Source of the DNA: an uncultured Pirellulaceae bacterium
GTDB lineage: Bacteria; Planctomycetota; Planctomycetia; Pirellulales; Pirellulaceae
NCBI GenBank assembly: GCA_964510005.1
Contig: CAZDZX010000001.1
Coordinates: 9,926-57,553 of the forward strand
Direction of reading: 5' to 3'
Length of the DNA stretch: 47,628 nt
The notes under the pieces: generated by a model
Databases searched by the model: none
Told to the model about the DNA's origin: nothing
What the model saw: the letters and a program-made list of their open reading frames with translations, nothing else
Program-made: the position numbers and the translations under genes
Part shown: piece after piece, positions 46,421-47,628 of the stretch
Layout of the letters: each line of letters begins with the position of its first letter
Position numbering within the stretch: the stretch's first letter is position 1

Positions 46421-47628
46421 CTAAAACATTCCACCGATGGTGAGCCACGATTTCGTCTCGCCTTTAGATTTTCGAATCAGCTCTTCCAACAATTCACCTT
46501 GGTTTGTACGACGCAAGCCAGCACCGATCCCAATCAGCAACTTACTTGGATTGCGACGAGACTTCGAGACAGCGCTTCGAATCCGCTTTTCATCCCAACT
46601 GCCGGTTACAATCTGAGCGTAAGACTCTAAATTTCTTTCGACTGTCAGTAGCGATTCAGAAGATTTCGAAGGTTCATCGGCCGGAAACTGTTCATCCAGC
46701 TCTACAGCCAGCCCTTTCGCCGATTCATCGCCGGCGATGTGCAAAGCGATGATTTCAAGCGATTTTGCGACCCCATGGAACAACTTGGCAACGCTTTCAG
46801 GTGTCGGTTGCTCCCCTTTTGACTTTTCAAGCTCAGCCTTAAACCGATCTGATTTTCTCGCCGCCAATCCAAGACAAGCCAGACGCTTGGTCAACCACGT
46901 TTGCCTTTTCTGCGCTCTTAACAAGCTGCTGGCGACAATTTGGTGTACAAAACAATCGTCGATGCGATTGATGTCGAATCGAGTGCCTTCGCTCCGCAGG
47001 ATCATCGGAAAAAATTCCGCAACGCCTTTGGGCAACTTCGATGCGACCTTGCGGGAAGCCTGCTTCCTTCCAGCTTGATGAAGTTCAATTGCCAGATCCT
47101 GAATCGGACCCCCCAACATAAAATCCCCTTCCGGGAAAATCTTTGCCGCTGACTGAATCGTTTTAAGCGCCGCGTCAACATCGCCGCGAAACCCTTGAAT
47201 TTGTCCAACTTCCGCTGTCGTGATAAACCTGATTTGTTGCGAATCGATTTTCTCAGCCCATTTTCTAGCTTCCTCGAAATTGCCTTGCAGCGCCAACTTC
47301 CGAGCAACCAACTTTGCCGCGTCCGCTTGATACGGGTTTTCAGCAGCCGGTTCCATCAAAGCATCGAATTTCGGAGTCACTTCTGACAACAGCTCCAAAT
47401 GGCCTCGATGGACCAAGCCCGCGATAAACCAACTCCTCAACTCTGGCGAGGCATTGCCGCGGGTCAAAACGGAGGCAAGTTTTTCCACAGCTGGACTCGG
47501 AGGCTGGCTTGGATCCACCGGAAGACGGGGCTCCACAGGCAGGCTTGATTCCACAGGCTGGACTGGCTCCGCTGCCGGACTCGAAGTGCTGGGAAGTTCT
47601 CCCTGATTCTTGCTGGTTCCAGATTTCG
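46421..47628 (-). CDS. Hypothetical alpha-helical repeat (TPR-like) protein; 5' end lies outside the window
   Basis: Frame stays open from 47554 to the window end; Pro/Ser-rich linker followed by LALQGNFEEARKWA and GDVDAALKTI helical repeats. Confidence 0.7.
   Translation of the reverse strand, partial: KSGTSKNQGELPSTSSPAAEPVQPVESSLPVEPRLPVDPSQPPSPAVEKLASVLTRGNASPELRSWFIAGLVHRGHLELLSEVTPKFDALMEPAAENPYQADAAKLVARKLALQGNFEEARKWAEKIDSQQIRFITTAEVGQIQGFRGDVDAALKTIQSAAKIFPEGDFMLGGPIQDLAIELHQAGRKQASRKVASKLPKGVAEFFPMILRSEGTRFDINRIDDCFVHQIVASSLLRAQKRQTWLTKRLACLGLAARKSDRFKAELEKSKGEQPTPESVAKLFHGVAKSLEIIALHIAGDESAKGLAVELDEQFPADEPSKSSESLLTVERNLESYAQIVTGSWDEKRIRSAVSKSRRNPSKLLIGIGAGLRRTNQGELLEELIRKSKGETKSWLTIGGMF

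Overview
Core-chromosome segment of a planctomycete (Pirellulaceae-like, inferred from the YTV-repeat protein, the planctomycete-type zinc-ribbon protein, the PQQ-propeller protein and the parallel beta-helix protein). It holds about 37 CDS, two tRNAs (Pro-TGG, Gln-TTG) and a complete parABS partition locus with three parS sites spaced exactly 42 bp apart. Housekeeping genes include rex, ahcY, trpF, glgC, rpsU and three RNA methyltransferases. Also present are a Tad pseudopilin cassette, a YhaO/YhaN (Mre11/Rad50-like) pair, two families of GTAG-type REP elements and a GH141-like secreted enzyme. No prophage, IS or CRISPR array was seen. The most striking observation is a secreted 692-aa YTV protein built from two mirror-matched arms of 11 x 16-aa repeats with Cys/Gly caps, which suggests a giant disulfide-polymerising beta-hairpin fibre. 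Other highlights are a stand-alone protein of four 29-aa MshEN-like repeats opposite the Tad cassette, two apparent pseudo-enzymes (Mre11-like and RmlD-like) and an orphan PEP-CTERM tail. All calls come from reading motifs by eye; no database search was run.
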